Positions 47,214 through 57,309 are shown, numbered from the stretch's first letter. The stretch: DNA of 64,000 nucleotides from an uncultured Candidatus Saccharibacteria bacterium (GCA_964561365.1 CAZLPF010000002.1:10068-74067), one strand, 5' to 3'. The notes: generated from the letters alone by a model not told the origin. Translations and numbers: made by a program.

Positions 47214-48071
47214 ATGCTCGTCGACACCCACGCCCACGTAAACTTCAGAGCCTTCGCCGCCGACCGCGGCGCGGTGCTAGCGCGCGCCCGTGAGGCGGGC
47301 GTTGCCGTGGTGAACGTCGGCACGCACCTGGGCACCTCGCGCTCGGCGGTAGCCCTGGCGCGCGAAAACCCCGGCCTCGCCTACGCGGTGGTGGGCCTGC
47401 ACCCGGTCCACACCTACGAGCAGGATTTGGAAGAAGAGGGCGACGCGTTCCGCACCCACGGCGACGTGTTCGACGCCGGGGCGTTCCGGGAACTCGCCGG
47501 CGACCCGTCCGTGGTCGGCATCGGCGAGTGCGGGCTCGACTACTACCGGCTGCCGGAAGACGAAGATCCGGCGCCGATCAAGCAGCGCCAGCGCGAGGCC
47601 TTCGCGGCGCAGATCCGCCTGGCCAAAGAGCTGAACAAGGCGCTCGTCATCCACTGCCGTCCAAGTAAAGGCACGCAGGACGCCTACGAAGATATTTTGA
47701 AAATTTTGGACGGGGAGGGGACTGAACGTTTGCGCTTTGAGGCGCACAGCTTTACCGGCACCGCAGAGACGGCGAACGCGTTCGTTTCACGCGGCGCGTA
47801 CATCGGCATCAACGGCATTGTGACCTTCGACAAGACTGGCGAAATGGAGCGCGTGGTCAAGGCCGTGCCGCTCGAGCGCATCGTCCTCGAAACCGACTGC
47901 CCCTACCTCGCGCCCGTGCCCTTCCGGGGGAAACGAAATGAGCCACGGTACGTAATGTCCGTGGCCCAGAAGCTTGCCGAGCTGAAAGGTGTGAGCGGAG
48001 CCGAGGTGGCTGAAGCGACGAACCGTTCCGCCGCAAAGCTATTTGGTGTCCTCCTCGGCGTTGATCTTTAG
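47214..48071 (+). CDS. tatD: TatD family hydrolase
   Basis: DTHAH, GLHP, IGECGLDY, IHCR, LETDCPYL, RGKRNEP. Confidence 0.92.
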   Translation: MLVDTHAHVNFRAFAADRGAVLARAREAGVAVVNVGTHLGTSRSAVALARENPGLAYAVVGLHPVHTYEQDLEEEGDAFRTHGDVFDAGAFRELAGDPSVVGIGECGLDYYRLPEDEDPAPIKQRQREAFAAQIRLAKELNKALVIHCRPSKGTQDAYEDILKILDGEGTERLRFEAHSFTGTAETANAFVSRGAYIGINGIVTFDKTGEMERVVKAVPLERIVLETDCPYLAPVPFRGKRNEPRYVMSVAQKLAELKGVSGAEVAEATNRSAAKLFGVLLGVDL

Positions 48072-48341
48072 CGCCTTCAAGAATTTGTGATCCTGGTTGG
48101 TCCACCTGATCTTCCCGGGCTCACCGGTTGCCGCTTGGGTGTCAGGAGCAAGGGGCAGGTCTTCTCCCGTTTCTCCGTCGTCCCGTTTATTGAAGCCTAT
48201 GGTAGCCTCGAGCACCAGGAACACGTCGTACCCGGCGCGTTTGATCTCACCGATGGCTTCGGCGATGCGGTCAGAGTCAGACAGCGACTCATTGATCGCG
48301 TTGCCGAGCTCTTGCATCAGCTGCATTAACCTTTCGTCCAT
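48039..48341 (-). CDS. Small conserved-looking hypothetical protein (SD-led module)
   Basis: MDERLMQLMQELGNAINESLSDS..GYDVFLVLEATIGF; SD GGGAGG; promoter TTGTTA-17-TAAACT; overlaps tatD end by 33 nt. Confidence 0.72.
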   Translation of the reverse strand: MDERLMQLMQELGNAINESLSDSDRIAEAIGEIKRAGYDVFLVLEATIGFNKRDDGETGEDLPLAPDTQAATGEPGKIRWTNQDHKFLKALKINAEEDTK

Positions 48342-48429
48342 ATATTGCAATCCTCCCGTTTTGCTATGATTTTCCCAAACTTTCTCGTATAGTTTAGCTG
48401 CTAGACAGCCTCGTAACAAGGCTACCCGT

Positions 48430-51400
48430 ATGCCCACTGACCGCTACGATCCAAAAAAAGTAGAAGCCCGATGGCAGAAGCACTGGCTGGCCAAAAAGGT
48501 TTTCAAGGCCAAGGATTTTTCGAAGCGGCCGAAGAAGTACATACTCGTGGAGTTCCCGTACCCGTCGGGCGCGGGCCTGCACATGGGCCACCTGCGCCCG
48601 TACGTCGCCGCCGACGTTTACACCCGCTTCCAGCGCGCGCGCGGACACGAGGTGCTGTTCCCCATCGGCTGGGACGCCTTCGGCCTGCCGGCCGAGAACT
48701 ACGCCATAAAGAACGGCGTGCACCCGAGCGTGTCCACGGCGCAGAACGTGAAGAACGCGAAAGCGCAAATGTTGTCGTGGGGTTTGTCGTTCGACTGGGA
48801 CCGGGAAATCAACACCACCGACCCGAGCTACTACCGTTTTACCCAGCGCATCTTCTTAGAGCTCTACCGCGCGGGGTTGGCCTACGAAGCCACCGGCATG
48901 ATCAACTGGTGCCCGAAGGACAAGACGGGCCTGGCCAACGAAGAGGTCATAGACGGCAAGTGCGAACGCTGCGGCACCGTGGTGGAGAAAAAAGAGCTAC
49001 GGCAGTGGTACCTGAAAATTACCGACTACGCCGACTCCCTGCTCGAGGGTTTGAACGAGCTGCCCGAATGGCCCGAACAGGTCAAGCTCCAGCAGGCGAA
49101 CTGGATCGGCAAGAGCGAGGGGCTCGTTGAGCGCTGGCAGGTTCAAGACATGGACCTCACGCTCGAAACGTTCACGACCTGGCCGCACACGACCTGGGGC
49201 GCGACCTTCATGGTCGTGGCGCCCGAACACCCGGTCATAGATCGGCTCGTGGGCGGCACCGAGCTCGAGAGCGGCGCCAAAAAATTCGCGGCGCGCTGCA
49301 TTGAGGCCAAGATTAAAGATCCCCTGAACGTCGCGAAGGAAAAAGAAGGCTTCTTCACCGGCCGCTACGCCGTAAACTACCTCACCGGTTGGAAGATGCC
49401 CATCTACATTGCCAACTTCGCCATTTACGATTACGGCACCGGTCTGGTGAAGTGCACGCCGGCGCACGACGAGCGCGACTTCGAGTTTGCTAAAAAGTAC
49501 CAGCTGCCGCTCGTGCCGGTGGTGGCGCCCATGGTGGAAGCCGACAACAGCGACTCGGCGCCGAAGCCCGGCCAGCCGGCCCGGAGCCTCGATGTCGCCT
49601 TCTGCGTTATCAAGCACGCGAAACAAGACCGCTACCTGGTGGTCAAGCACCACCGCAGCGGCGTGGACGGCTACCTGGCGTGCTCTGGCTCGCTCGAACC
49701 CGGAGAGACGCCGGAGCAGGCCGGGGAACGCGAGATTCGCGAGGAAACAGGCCTGAAGCATTTCCGTTTCATCCGTTCGCTCGGCGAGCCGGTCTACTTC
49801 AAGTACTTCAAGCCGAGCAAGAACGAGAACCGGCTCCTGAAGCTCATGCCGCTCTACTTTGAGGCTGACTCTGACGAACTCGAACCCACGACCGACTACG
49901 AGAAGGCCAAGCAGGAACCGGTGTGGCTCGACGGAAAAGACATAGAGAAGTTCCTCCGCACCCGTCCGTTCCACCGGACCTTCTACCGCCGCATGCGCGG
50001 CGAGGAGCCGCTCGAGCCGAAAATGGCCGCCGCCTACACCGGCGAAGGCGTCATGATCAACGCCGGCAAATTTATCGGCATGGAGAGCGGGGAAGCGCGC
50101 AGGGCCATTTCGGAGTTTTCCATTGCCGAAGGCCACGCCCGCTACGTGACCAACTACCGCCTGCGCGACTGGGTCTTTTCGCGCCAGCGCTACTGGGGCG
50201 AGCCTATTCCGCTCATCCACTGCGACGCCTGCGCGAGCCGGCCGCAGAAAGCGCTCCTCATTCACGGCTTCGAGGGCAGCCCTGAAGCGAACGAGTTTCC
50301 GTACCTGAAGCGAGAGCTCGAAGCGGCCGGCTTTACCGTCGTGGCACCGAAGCTCGAGGACGCCGACCATCCTACGGTGGAGTCTTGGACCAAGCAGCTC
50401 GTACCGCTCGTGCAGCAGCTCGGGCCGGACGACGTGGTCATGGGCCACAGCCTCGGAGCCAAGGCCGCCATTCTCGCGCTCCTGAAAGCCAAGAAAAAGA
50501 TCAAACACCTGTTCTTAATTGCGGGCACGCTCGGCAAGCTCTCCAAACCGCAGCGCGCCTTCTTTGACCGCGAGTGGCCGGACTCCGACAACGCGGCGCT
50601 CGAAAAGTTCTGGAACGCGCCGGCGAGCCTGAACCAAGCTTCCCGCCTGGCCGGCGAGGTGACTGCGGTACTCTCGGAAGACGACCCGTTCGTTTTGAAA
50701 GAGACCCACGAAAAGCTTCCCCGGAGCTGGAACGTGCTCTTTTGGCAGGGCTACGGCCACTTCGACGGCGAAGTGTACCCCGAGCTGCTCAAGCTCATCC
50801 TGTCAGCGAAGAACAGCGGCATTGTGCCGGTGCCGGAAAAAGATCTGCCGGTGCGCCTGCCGAACGTTGCCAAGTACGAACCGACGGGAACGGGGGAGTC
50901 GCCGCTCGCCGGCATCGACAGCTGGGTCAACGTCCGCTGCCCGGTCTGCAAGGGCCCGGGCCGGCGCGAGACGAACACCATGCCGCAGTGGGCCGGCAGC
51001 AGCTGGTACTGGCTGCGCTATGCAGACCCCAAAAATACCAAAGCCATTGCAGACAAGAGGAAGCTCGGCTACTGGCAGCCGGTTGATGTTTACTTCGGCG
51101 GCATGGAGCACACGACGCTGCACCTGCTCTACGCCCGTTTCTGGAATCAATTCCTCTTCGACCGCGGGCTCGCCACCTGCCGCGAGCCGTTCGAAAAGCG
51201 CGTGCCGCACGGCATTGTCCTCGGCCCCGACGGCGAGAAGATGTCCAAGAGCCGCGGCAACGTGGTGAACCCGCAGGACTTCGTGGAGAAGTTCGGCGCG
51301 GACGCGACCCGCATGTACGAAATGTTCCTTGGGCCGCACGGCGAAACCATCGCCTGGAACGAGCAGGGTATTTTGGGCGTCCGCCGCTTCCTCGACCGCG

Positions 51401-51924
51401 TCTGGACCTGGGGCAACGAAGTTGTCTCTGCCCCGCACGCGAAACAGAAAACCGCCGTTGAAACCGAGAAGGTCGACCGCCTGCTCCACAAGCTGACGAA
51501 GAAAATTACCGAAGACCTCAACGCGTTCCGTTTCAACACCTGCGTCTCGGCGTTCATGGAGTTCCATAACGAGGTCAAAGACGAATTCATTTCACTCGCG
51601 GGTCTGCGCCGGTTCCTGTCCCTCATGCATCCGTTCGCGCCGCACCTTGCTGAAGAGCTGGCGAGCTGCGCCGGGGTAAAGCGCAGCCTGCAGCTTGAGC
51701 CGTGGCCCGAGTTCGACCCGGCAAAGGTTGCCGACGCGACCGTGACCGTCGTGGTGCAGGTCAACGGAAAAGTTCGCGGCAGCATGGAGGTGGCGGCGAC
51801 CGCACCGCAAGATGAAGTTCAGGCAAAAGCCGTAGCGCTCCCGTCGGTGAAAGCCCACCTCGGCGGCGGGGTCATCAAGCGCGCGGTCTTCGTGCCCGGC
51901 AAGCTTTTAAACCTGGTTGTGTAG
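48430..51924 (+). CDS. leuS: Leucine--tRNA ligase with inserted NUDIX and alpha/beta-hydrolase domains
   Basis: FPYPSG..HMGH, GWDAFGLPAEN, DWVFSRQRYWGEPIP, KMSKS, VQVNGK; 1164 aa. Confidence 0.95.
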   Translation: MPTDRYDPKKVEARWQKHWLAKKVFKAKDFSKRPKKYILVEFPYPSGAGLHMGHLRPYVAADVYTRFQRARGHEVLFPIGWDAFGLPAENYAIKNGVHPSVSTAQNVKNAKAQMLSWGLSFDWDREINTTDPSYYRFTQRIFLELYRAGLAYEATGMINWCPKDKTGLANEEVIDGKCERCGTVVEKKELRQWYLKITDYADSLLEGLNELPEWPEQVKLQQANWIGKSEGLVERWQVQDMDLTLETFTTWPHTTWGATFMVVAPEHPVIDRLVGGTELESGAKKFAARCIEAKIKDPLNVAKEKEGFFTGRYAVNYLTGWKMPIYIANFAIYDYGTGLVKCTPAHDERDFEFAKKYQLPLVPVVAPMVEADNSDSAPKPGQPARSLDVAFCVIKHAKQDRYLVVKHHRSGVDGYLACSGSLEPGETPEQAGEREIREETGLKHFRFIRSLGEPVYFKYFKPSKNENRLLKLMPLYFEADSDELEPTTDYEKAKQEPVWLDGKDIEKFLRTRPFHRTFYRRMRGEEPLEPKMAAAYTGEGVMINAGKFIGMESGEARRAISEFSIAEGHARYVTNYRLRDWVFSRQRYWGEPIPLIHCDACASRPQKALLIHGFEGSPEANEFPYLKRELEAAGFTVVAPKLEDADHPTVESWTKQLVPLVQQLGPDDVVMGHSLGAKAAILALLKAKKKIKHLFLIAGTLGKLSKPQRAFFDREWPDSDNAALEKFWNAPASLNQASRLAGEVTAVLSEDDPFVLKETHEKLPRSWNVLFWQGYGHFDGEVYPELLKLILSAKNSGIVPVPEKDLPVRLPNVAKYEPTGTGESPLAGIDSWVNVRCPVCKGPGRRETNTMPQWAGSSWYWLRYADPKNTKAIADKRKLGYWQPVDVYFGGMEHTTLHLLYARFWNQFLFDRGLATCREPFEKRVPHGIVLGPDGEKMSKSRGNVVNPQDFVEKFGADATRMYEMFLGPHGETIAWNEQGILGVRRFLDRVWTWGNEVVSAPHAKQKTAVETEKVDRLLHKLTKKITEDLNAFRFNTCVSAFMEFHNEVKDEFISLAGLRRFLSLMHPFAPHLAEELASCAGVKRSLQLEPWPEFDPAKVADATVTVVVQVNGKVRGSMEVAATAPQDEVQAKAVALPSVKAHLGGGVIKRAVFVPGKLLNLVV

Positions 51925-52582
51925 GGTGCGGGCCGCTGACCCAAAATCGAAATCCGAACGCGCCTTGCAGGAGGCGCTTTCGTTTCTTAAGGCGGGCAAG
52001 GTGGTAGCCTACCCGACAGACACCTCGTACGGCCTCGCGGCCGACGCGAGCAACGCGTGGGCGGTTTTGCGCCTCTACCGCATAAAAGAGCGCAGCTTCA
52101 AGCAGCCCGTCCACGTTGTGGTAGGGTCGGTTGCTCAGGCCAAGCGGATTGTCGCATGGAACCGTACGGCCGGTCGGCTCGCTAGAAAATTTTGGCCCGG
52201 ACCGCTCACGCTCGTGCTGCCGCTCCGGTCACGCGCCCCGCTCCTCAAAAAATTGAGCGCACGTACCGGGTACTTAGGTTTGCGCATGCCGAAGCATCCG
52301 TTCGTTGCCGCGCTTTCCCGCGCATTCAAGCGGCCGTACACCGCTACGAGCGCGAACCCTTCGGGTGCGCGTTCGGGCGGCTACGACAGCTACTCCGCCG
52401 CCGACGTAGTGGTACAATTCAGCAAGCGGCGCCACCGCCCCGACGTGGTCATCGACGGCGGCCGGCTGCGGCGTACGAAACCCTCCACCGTGGTGAAAGT
52501 TGCCGGCGACGGCCGCGTGAGCGTCCTCCGATCGGGACCCGTTTCGAAATCAGAAATCAAAAAAGCAATTCATCAACGGTAA
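51917..52582 (+). CDS. tsaC: L-threonylcarbamoyladenylate synthase (TsaC/Sua5)
   Basis: YPTDTSYGL, K.R, FWPGPLTL, TSANPSG, PSTVV; start uncertain. Confidence 0.92.
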   Translation: MCRVRAADPKSKSERALQEALSFLKAGKVVAYPTDTSYGLAADASNAWAVLRLYRIKERSFKQPVHVVVGSVAQAKRIVAWNRTAGRLARKFWPGPLTLVLPLRSRAPLLKKLSARTGYLGLRMPKHPFVAALSRAFKRPYTATSANPSGARSGGYDSYSAADVVVQFSKRRHRPDVVIDGGRLRRTKPSTVVKVAGDGRVSVLRSGPVSKSEIKKAIHQR

Positions 52583-52621
52583 TCAAGGTTAATCAATACC
52601 CATCAACATTGATTAATCCGG
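52572..52621. repeat. Five tandem decamers, ATYAA every 10 bp
   Basis: atcaacggta|atcaaggtta|atcaataccc|atcaacattg|attaatccgg. Confidence 0.72.
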
Positions 52622-52640
52622 TTACCGCCTTTCCCCGAGC

Positions 52641-53789
52641 ATGATTTTCCACTTCCACTTCCCGCACTACTTCACGAAGCGCGTGCGGACAGAAGTTTCC
52701 GAGCTCTACGCCTCGAGTGCGATTTCCAACCTCGGGCTCTCGCTCGTCATGCTGTTCGAGCCCATTTTCCTGCACGTCGGCGTCGGGCTCTCGGTTCCGC
52801 AGGTGCTCTGGTTCATGGCCGGGGTTTACGCGATTTACATACTCTGCATTCCCGCCGGCGCCTGGCTCGCGAGCGTCCTCGGCTACCGCCGGACGCTCGC
52901 CGCCGCCGCGCCGCTCCAGATTGGCTACTGGCTCCTGCTGGCCGCGGCCGTCTCGCACCCCGTGGTCCTGCCGCTCGCCGCCGCCGCCTTCGGGCTCCAG
53001 AAGGCGGCCTACTGGCCGGCCTTCCACGCCGTACTCGCCCGCTACGGGCGCGAGCAGCAGGTCGGCCGCGAGTTCGGGGCCGTGAACTTCATCGTCATGG
53101 CTTCGCACATCGTCGGGCCGCTCATCGGCGGGTTCGTTTCCCAAGCCTACGGCGTACCGGCGACCCTCGTCGTCGCCTCGGTCGTCTGCCTCTGCTCGGC
53201 CATACCGCTCCTCGAAACGCCCGAGCGGTTCACGCCGAAACCCTACCGCTTCCAGGATACGCTCGCACTCTACCGCCGCTTCCCCCGCTTCGCGGCCGGA
53301 TACCTCGGCTTCGGCGAGGAGCTGCTCGTGCTGACCATCTGGCCCATATTCATGTACGCGGTCGTCAAGAACTTCGGGGGCACCGGCGCGCTCGCCACGG
53401 CGTCGTCGGTAGCGGCGGCGCTGTTTGCCCTCGCCATGGGCAAGCTCTCCGACCAGTACACGAAGCGCATGCTCATTCGCGTCGGCGCGGGCCTCACCGC
53501 CATAGTCTGGATGCTCCGGACCACCGTCTCGAGCGTCGGCGGCGTGTTCGCGGCTGACGCGCTGTCGCAGACCTCGAAAGAGGTCGCCTTCGTTCCGCTC
53601 TCGGCGCTCACGTACGTCCGCGCCGAAGAAACCCACATCCTGCCGTACGCCGTATTCTTCGAGCAGAGCCTGTCGGTCGGCAAGCTCGCGGCGGCAATCG
53701 TCGGCGCCGTGCTCTTTTCCCTGACCGGCAGCTACGCAGTCCTATTCTTCCTGGCGGCCCTGTTCTCGCTCATGTACACTTTACTGTGA
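52641..53789 (+). CDS. MFS transporter
   Basis: About 12 TMs, GPLIGG, MGKLSDQY motif A-like. Confidence 0.8.
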   Translation: MIFHFHFPHYFTKRVRTEVSELYASSAISNLGLSLVMLFEPIFLHVGVGLSVPQVLWFMAGVYAIYILCIPAGAWLASVLGYRRTLAAAAPLQIGYWLLLAAAVSHPVVLPLAAAAFGLQKAAYWPAFHAVLARYGREQQVGREFGAVNFIVMASHIVGPLIGGFVSQAYGVPATLVVASVVCLCSAIPLLETPERFTPKPYRFQDTLALYRRFPRFAAGYLGFGEELLVLTIWPIFMYAVVKNFGGTGALATASSVAAALFALAMGKLSDQYTKRMLIRVGAGLTAIVWMLRTTVSSVGGVFAADALSQTSKEVAFVPLSALTYVRAEETHILPYAVFFEQSLSVGKLAAAIVGAVLFSLTGSYAVLFFLAALFSLMYTLL

Positions 53790-53882
53790 CATGCGAAAGA
53801 GCCTCCTTTTCATTTTTGAGCGGATGGCCCGCTGCTAGCGGCCGGGGATGTTTTTGCACTACCACCTAACGAAAAACTCCCC

Positions 53883-55184
53883 ATGAACTACGCATCTCTC
53901 GAATCCGGCGACCCTGAAATCTACCGGCTCATCCGCGGCGAAGAACGGCGGCAATCCCGCGGCATGGAGCTCATCGCGAGCGAGAACTACACGTCGCCCG
54001 CGGTCCTCGAGGCGCTCGGTTCGGTCCTCACGAACAAGTACTCCGAAGGGTACCCCGGCAAGCGCTACTACGGAGGCCAGGAATTTACCGATCAGGTTGA
54101 GCAGCTCTGCATAGACCGCGCCAGGGCGCTCTTCCGATGCGACCACGCGAACGTCCAGCCGCTGTCGGGTGCCGCGGCCAACGTCGCCGCCTACTTTTCC
54201 TGGCTCGAGCCCGGCGACACGGTCCTCGGCATGGACCTCAGCCACGGCGGCCACCTGACCCACGGCAGCCCGGTCACGTACATCAGCAAGCTGTTCCGCT
54301 TCGTGCGCTACAAGATGCGGGACGTGGAGACCGGCGCCATTGACTTCGACGAGCTCCGGCAGACCGCGCTCCGGGAGAAGCCGAAAATAATCCTCGCCGG
54401 TTTCTCGGCCTACCCGCGCGAGCTCGACTACGCGGCCTTCAAGAAAATCGCCGACGAGGTTGGGGCCATTGCCATGGCCGACGTGGCCCACATTGCCGGG
54501 CTCATTGCCGCCGGCGTTCTGAAGAACCCGTTCGACTTCGGCTTCAACATGGTTACGACCACGACGCACAAGACGCTCCGCGGCCCCCGCGGCGGCATGA
54601 TCTTAACGCGCGGCACGGTGGGCAATCCCCTCAAGCAGGTTGAGAAAACCGTGGGAAACCTCCCGACGCTCGTTGACCGGTCGGTGTTTCCGGGGTTCCA
54701 GGGCGGGCCGCACGAGCACCAGATCGCCGGCATTGCGGTGGCGCTCCACGAAGCCGGCCAGCCGGAATTTAAAACCTACGCCGCGCAGGTCGTGAAGAAT
54801 GCCGCGGCCATGGCCGCGGAGCTCATGAGCCTGGGCGGCAAGCTCGTGACGAACGGAACCGACAACCACCTCATGGTCGTAAACTGCGACCAGACGTGGG
54901 GGACCGACGGCGCCGAAGTCGAGCACGTCCTCGACGCCATTGGCATCACCGCGAGCAAGAGCACGGTTCCCGACGACCCGAAACCCCCGTACAAACCCTC
55001 GGGCCTGCGGCTCGGGAGCCCGGCCATGACCACGCGCGGCCTCGGTGAAGCGGAGTTTAAACAGATCGCCCGCTGGATTGACCGCGCGGTGAAAGCCCGC
55101 AGCCAGGCCGATGAAATTGCCAAGCTGAAAGCCGAGGTCGAGGCGCTCTGCGCGCAGCACCCGGTGCCCGGGATCGGTAACTAG
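53883..55184 (+). CDS. glyA: Serine hydroxymethyltransferase
   Basis: LIASENY, NKYSEGYPGKRYYGG, GGHLTHG, TTTHKTLRGPRGG. Confidence 0.97.
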   Translation: MNYASLESGDPEIYRLIRGEERRQSRGMELIASENYTSPAVLEALGSVLTNKYSEGYPGKRYYGGQEFTDQVEQLCIDRARALFRCDHANVQPLSGAAANVAAYFSWLEPGDTVLGMDLSHGGHLTHGSPVTYISKLFRFVRYKMRDVETGAIDFDELRQTALREKPKIILAGFSAYPRELDYAAFKKIADEVGAIAMADVAHIAGLIAAGVLKNPFDFGFNMVTTTTHKTLRGPRGGMILTRGTVGNPLKQVEKTVGNLPTLVDRSVFPGFQGGPHEHQIAGIAVALHEAGQPEFKTYAAQVVKNAAAMAAELMSLGGKLVTNGTDNHLMVVNCDQTWGTDGAEVEHVLDAIGITASKSTVPDDPKPPYKPSGLRLGSPAMTTRGLGEAEFKQIARWIDRAVKARSQADEIAKLKAEVEALCAQHPVPGIGN

Positions 55185-55192
55185 GCTGCTGC

Positions 55193-56014
55193 ATGCCGAG
55201 CGTATTCCAGGCACTCGTCCTCGGGCTCGTCCAGGGGCTGACCGAATTTTTACCGGTTTCGTCTTCCGCGCACCTCGCCGTTGCCCCGTGGCTCGCGGGC
55301 TGGCAAGACCCGGGCCTCGCGTTCGACATCGCCCTCCACTGGGGTACGCTGCTGGCCGTGCTCCTGTACTTCCGGCTCGATATCTGGAACCTCGCGCGGG
55401 GGTTCTGGCACAGCCTCTGGCCCTCGACGCGCGATTTTTCAGAGAACATATACCAGAAGCTCTCGTGGTTCGTCGTGGTTGCCACCATCCCCGGCGCCGT
55501 TGCCGGCAAGCTCCTCGAGCGAGCGGCTGAGCAGCAGTTCCGAGCGCCGCTGCTCATTGCCTGCACGCTCGCCGTCTTCGGCGTCGTTCTATTCATCGCC
55601 GACCGGCTCGGCACGAAAGGCAAAAACCTCGACCGCATGACCTGGACAGACGCGCTGCTCGTCGGTCTCGCCCAGGCCTTCGCCATTGTTCCCGGCGTGT
55701 CGCGGAGCGGCGCGACCATTGCCGCGGCCCTCGGCCGCGGCATGACGCGCGCCGATGCCGCGCGCTTCTCGTTCCTCCTGTCGGCGCCCATAATCTTCGG
55801 GGCCGGCGTCTTGAAGCTCCCCGAGCTCCGGCACGCGAGCGACGTGAGCGGCGTGGCGCTCGCCGTCGGGTTCTTCGCCTCGGCCGTTTCTGGCTACCTC
55901 GCCATCCGCTTCCTGCTCCGCTACCTTTCCACGAAGAGCTACGCGGTGTTCACCTGGTACCGCCTCGCGGCCGCGGCTTTGATCGTACTGCTGTGGTTTG
56001 GTAGAATGCGCTGA
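55193..56014 (+). CDS. uppP: Undecaprenyl-diphosphate phosphatase
   Basis: QGLTEFLPVSSSAHL, PGVSRSG, AARFSFLLS. Confidence 0.95.
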   Translation: MPSVFQALVLGLVQGLTEFLPVSSSAHLAVAPWLAGWQDPGLAFDIALHWGTLLAVLLYFRLDIWNLARGFWHSLWPSTRDFSENIYQKLSWFVVVATIPGAVAGKLLERAAEQQFRAPLLIACTLAVFGVVLFIADRLGTKGKNLDRMTWTDALLVGLAQAFAIVPGVSRSGATIAAALGRGMTRADAARFSFLLSAPIIFGAGVLKLPELRHASDVSGVALAVGFFASAVSGYLAIRFLLRYLSTKSYAVFTWYRLAAAALIVLLWFGRMR

Positions 56015-56015
56015 C

Positions 56016-56099
56016 GCCGGAGTGGCGGAATGGCAGACGCACGCGACTCAAAATCGCGCGGGGAAACCCATGAGGGTTCGACTCCCTCCTCCGGCACCA
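56016..56099 (+). tRNA. tRNA-Leu(CAA)
   Basis: GCCGGAG/CTCCGGC, arm CGCGA-CTCAAAA-TCGCG, long variable arm, ACCA end. Confidence 0.94.
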
Positions 56100-56211
56100 C
56101 GGGCCCTGCATGGCTGCAGCCTGCGAGTACTGAATGTGTTCAGTCCTCTCTGGCTTTCGCCACCAACTCCTCCTACCCGATGAACCTGTCCGGGGTTCAT
56201 GGCAATCCCAA

Positions 56212-57309
56212 ATGGAAAACAACATGGACGACATACAGGCTCCACGGCCCAGCGGCGTGACGTTCGAGCCCCTCGGCGCCCCCATTCCGGTGCCGCCGTT
56301 TCAGCCTGCCCAGCGCGCCCTGCCGCCGGACGACCCGTTCAGCCGCATTACCGGCATTCCGTCGCCGGCGTTCAACCAAATCGCGAGCGGCGCGCAGCCA
56401 CACGCCGTGCCTGCTTCCGCGCCTGCCCCAAAACCCCCACAAACCACGCCCTCTTTCGTGTCCCCCTCGCCTTCGGCCGATCGGATTTCCTATGCCGACG
56501 CGAAAATCCAAGAGGTTGAAATAACCTCAATAGTCCCGAACCCCTACCAGCCGCGGAAAGTTTTCGATCCCCAGGCGCTCCGCGAGCTCGCCGACTCCAT
56601 AGCCGAGCACGGCGTCATTCAGCCGCTCGTGGTGACGCGAACGCCGTCGGGCTACGAAATCGTCGTCGGCGAGCGCCGCTTCCGCGCGAGCCAGCTCGCC
56701 GGTCTCTCGCGCGTGCCGGTCATCGTCAAGAACCAGCTCGAGGACATTACCAAACTCGAGGTCGCGCTCATTGAGAACATCCAGCGCCAGGAGCTGAACC
56801 CCATAGAAGAGGCGCAGGCCTACGACCGGCTCATGAAGACCTTCAAGCTCACCCAGGAGCAGGTGGCCAAGAAGGTCGGCAAGGCGCGGCCGTCGGTCGC
56901 CAACACCATCCGGCTCTTGAATCTCCCGGCGGAAATCCAGCGCGGGCTCGTGGAGGGGAAAATTTCCGAGGGCCACGCCCGCGCCATTTTAGGCCTCGTG
57001 GACCGTGAGAAGATGCTCGCCATGTACCAGCAGGTGCTCGACAGCGGCTGGAACGTGCGCCAGGTGGAGCTGAAGGTCCGCGAAATTTCCGAGCGCCGCC
57101 GCGTGGACGCCGCCGCCCCGGACCCCAAACTCATGGCCCTCGAGGGCGAGCTCCGCACCAAGCTCGGTACGCAGGTGAAAATTCAGCGGCAGGGGCGGGG
57201 CGGGAAAATTACCATTGAGTTCTTTTCGGAAGATGAGCTCGCGGACATTGTGGGCCGCATGGCCGAGCACCCGAGCGACGCCCCAGACGCCGGCTACATC
57301 GCCGTGTAG
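56212..57309 (+). CDS. parB: ParB/Spo0J partition protein with Pro-rich N-terminal extension
   Basis: PNPYQPRK, GERRFRA, IENIQRQELNPIEEA, HTH, EGHARA. Confidence 0.92.
   Translation: MENNMDDIQAPRPSGVTFEPLGAPIPVPPFQPAQRALPPDDPFSRITGIPSPAFNQIASGAQPHAVPASAPAPKPPQTTPSFVSPSPSADRISYADAKIQEVEITSIVPNPYQPRKVFDPQALRELADSIAEHGVIQPLVVTRTPSGYEIVVGERRFRASQLAGLSRVPVIVKNQLEDITKLEVALIENIQRQELNPIEEAQAYDRLMKTFKLTQEQVAKKVGKARPSVANTIRLLNLPAEIQRGLVEGKISEGHARAILGLVDREKMLAMYQQVLDSGWNVRQVELKVREISERRRVDAAAPDPKLMALEGELRTKLGTQVKIQRQGRGGKITIEFFSEDELADIVGRMAEHPSDAPDAGYIAV

Noticed and set aside
53790-53882. ZTP or glycine riboswitch upstream of glyA
   Set aside because: Conserved riboswitch motifs were not recognisable; only a short hairpin
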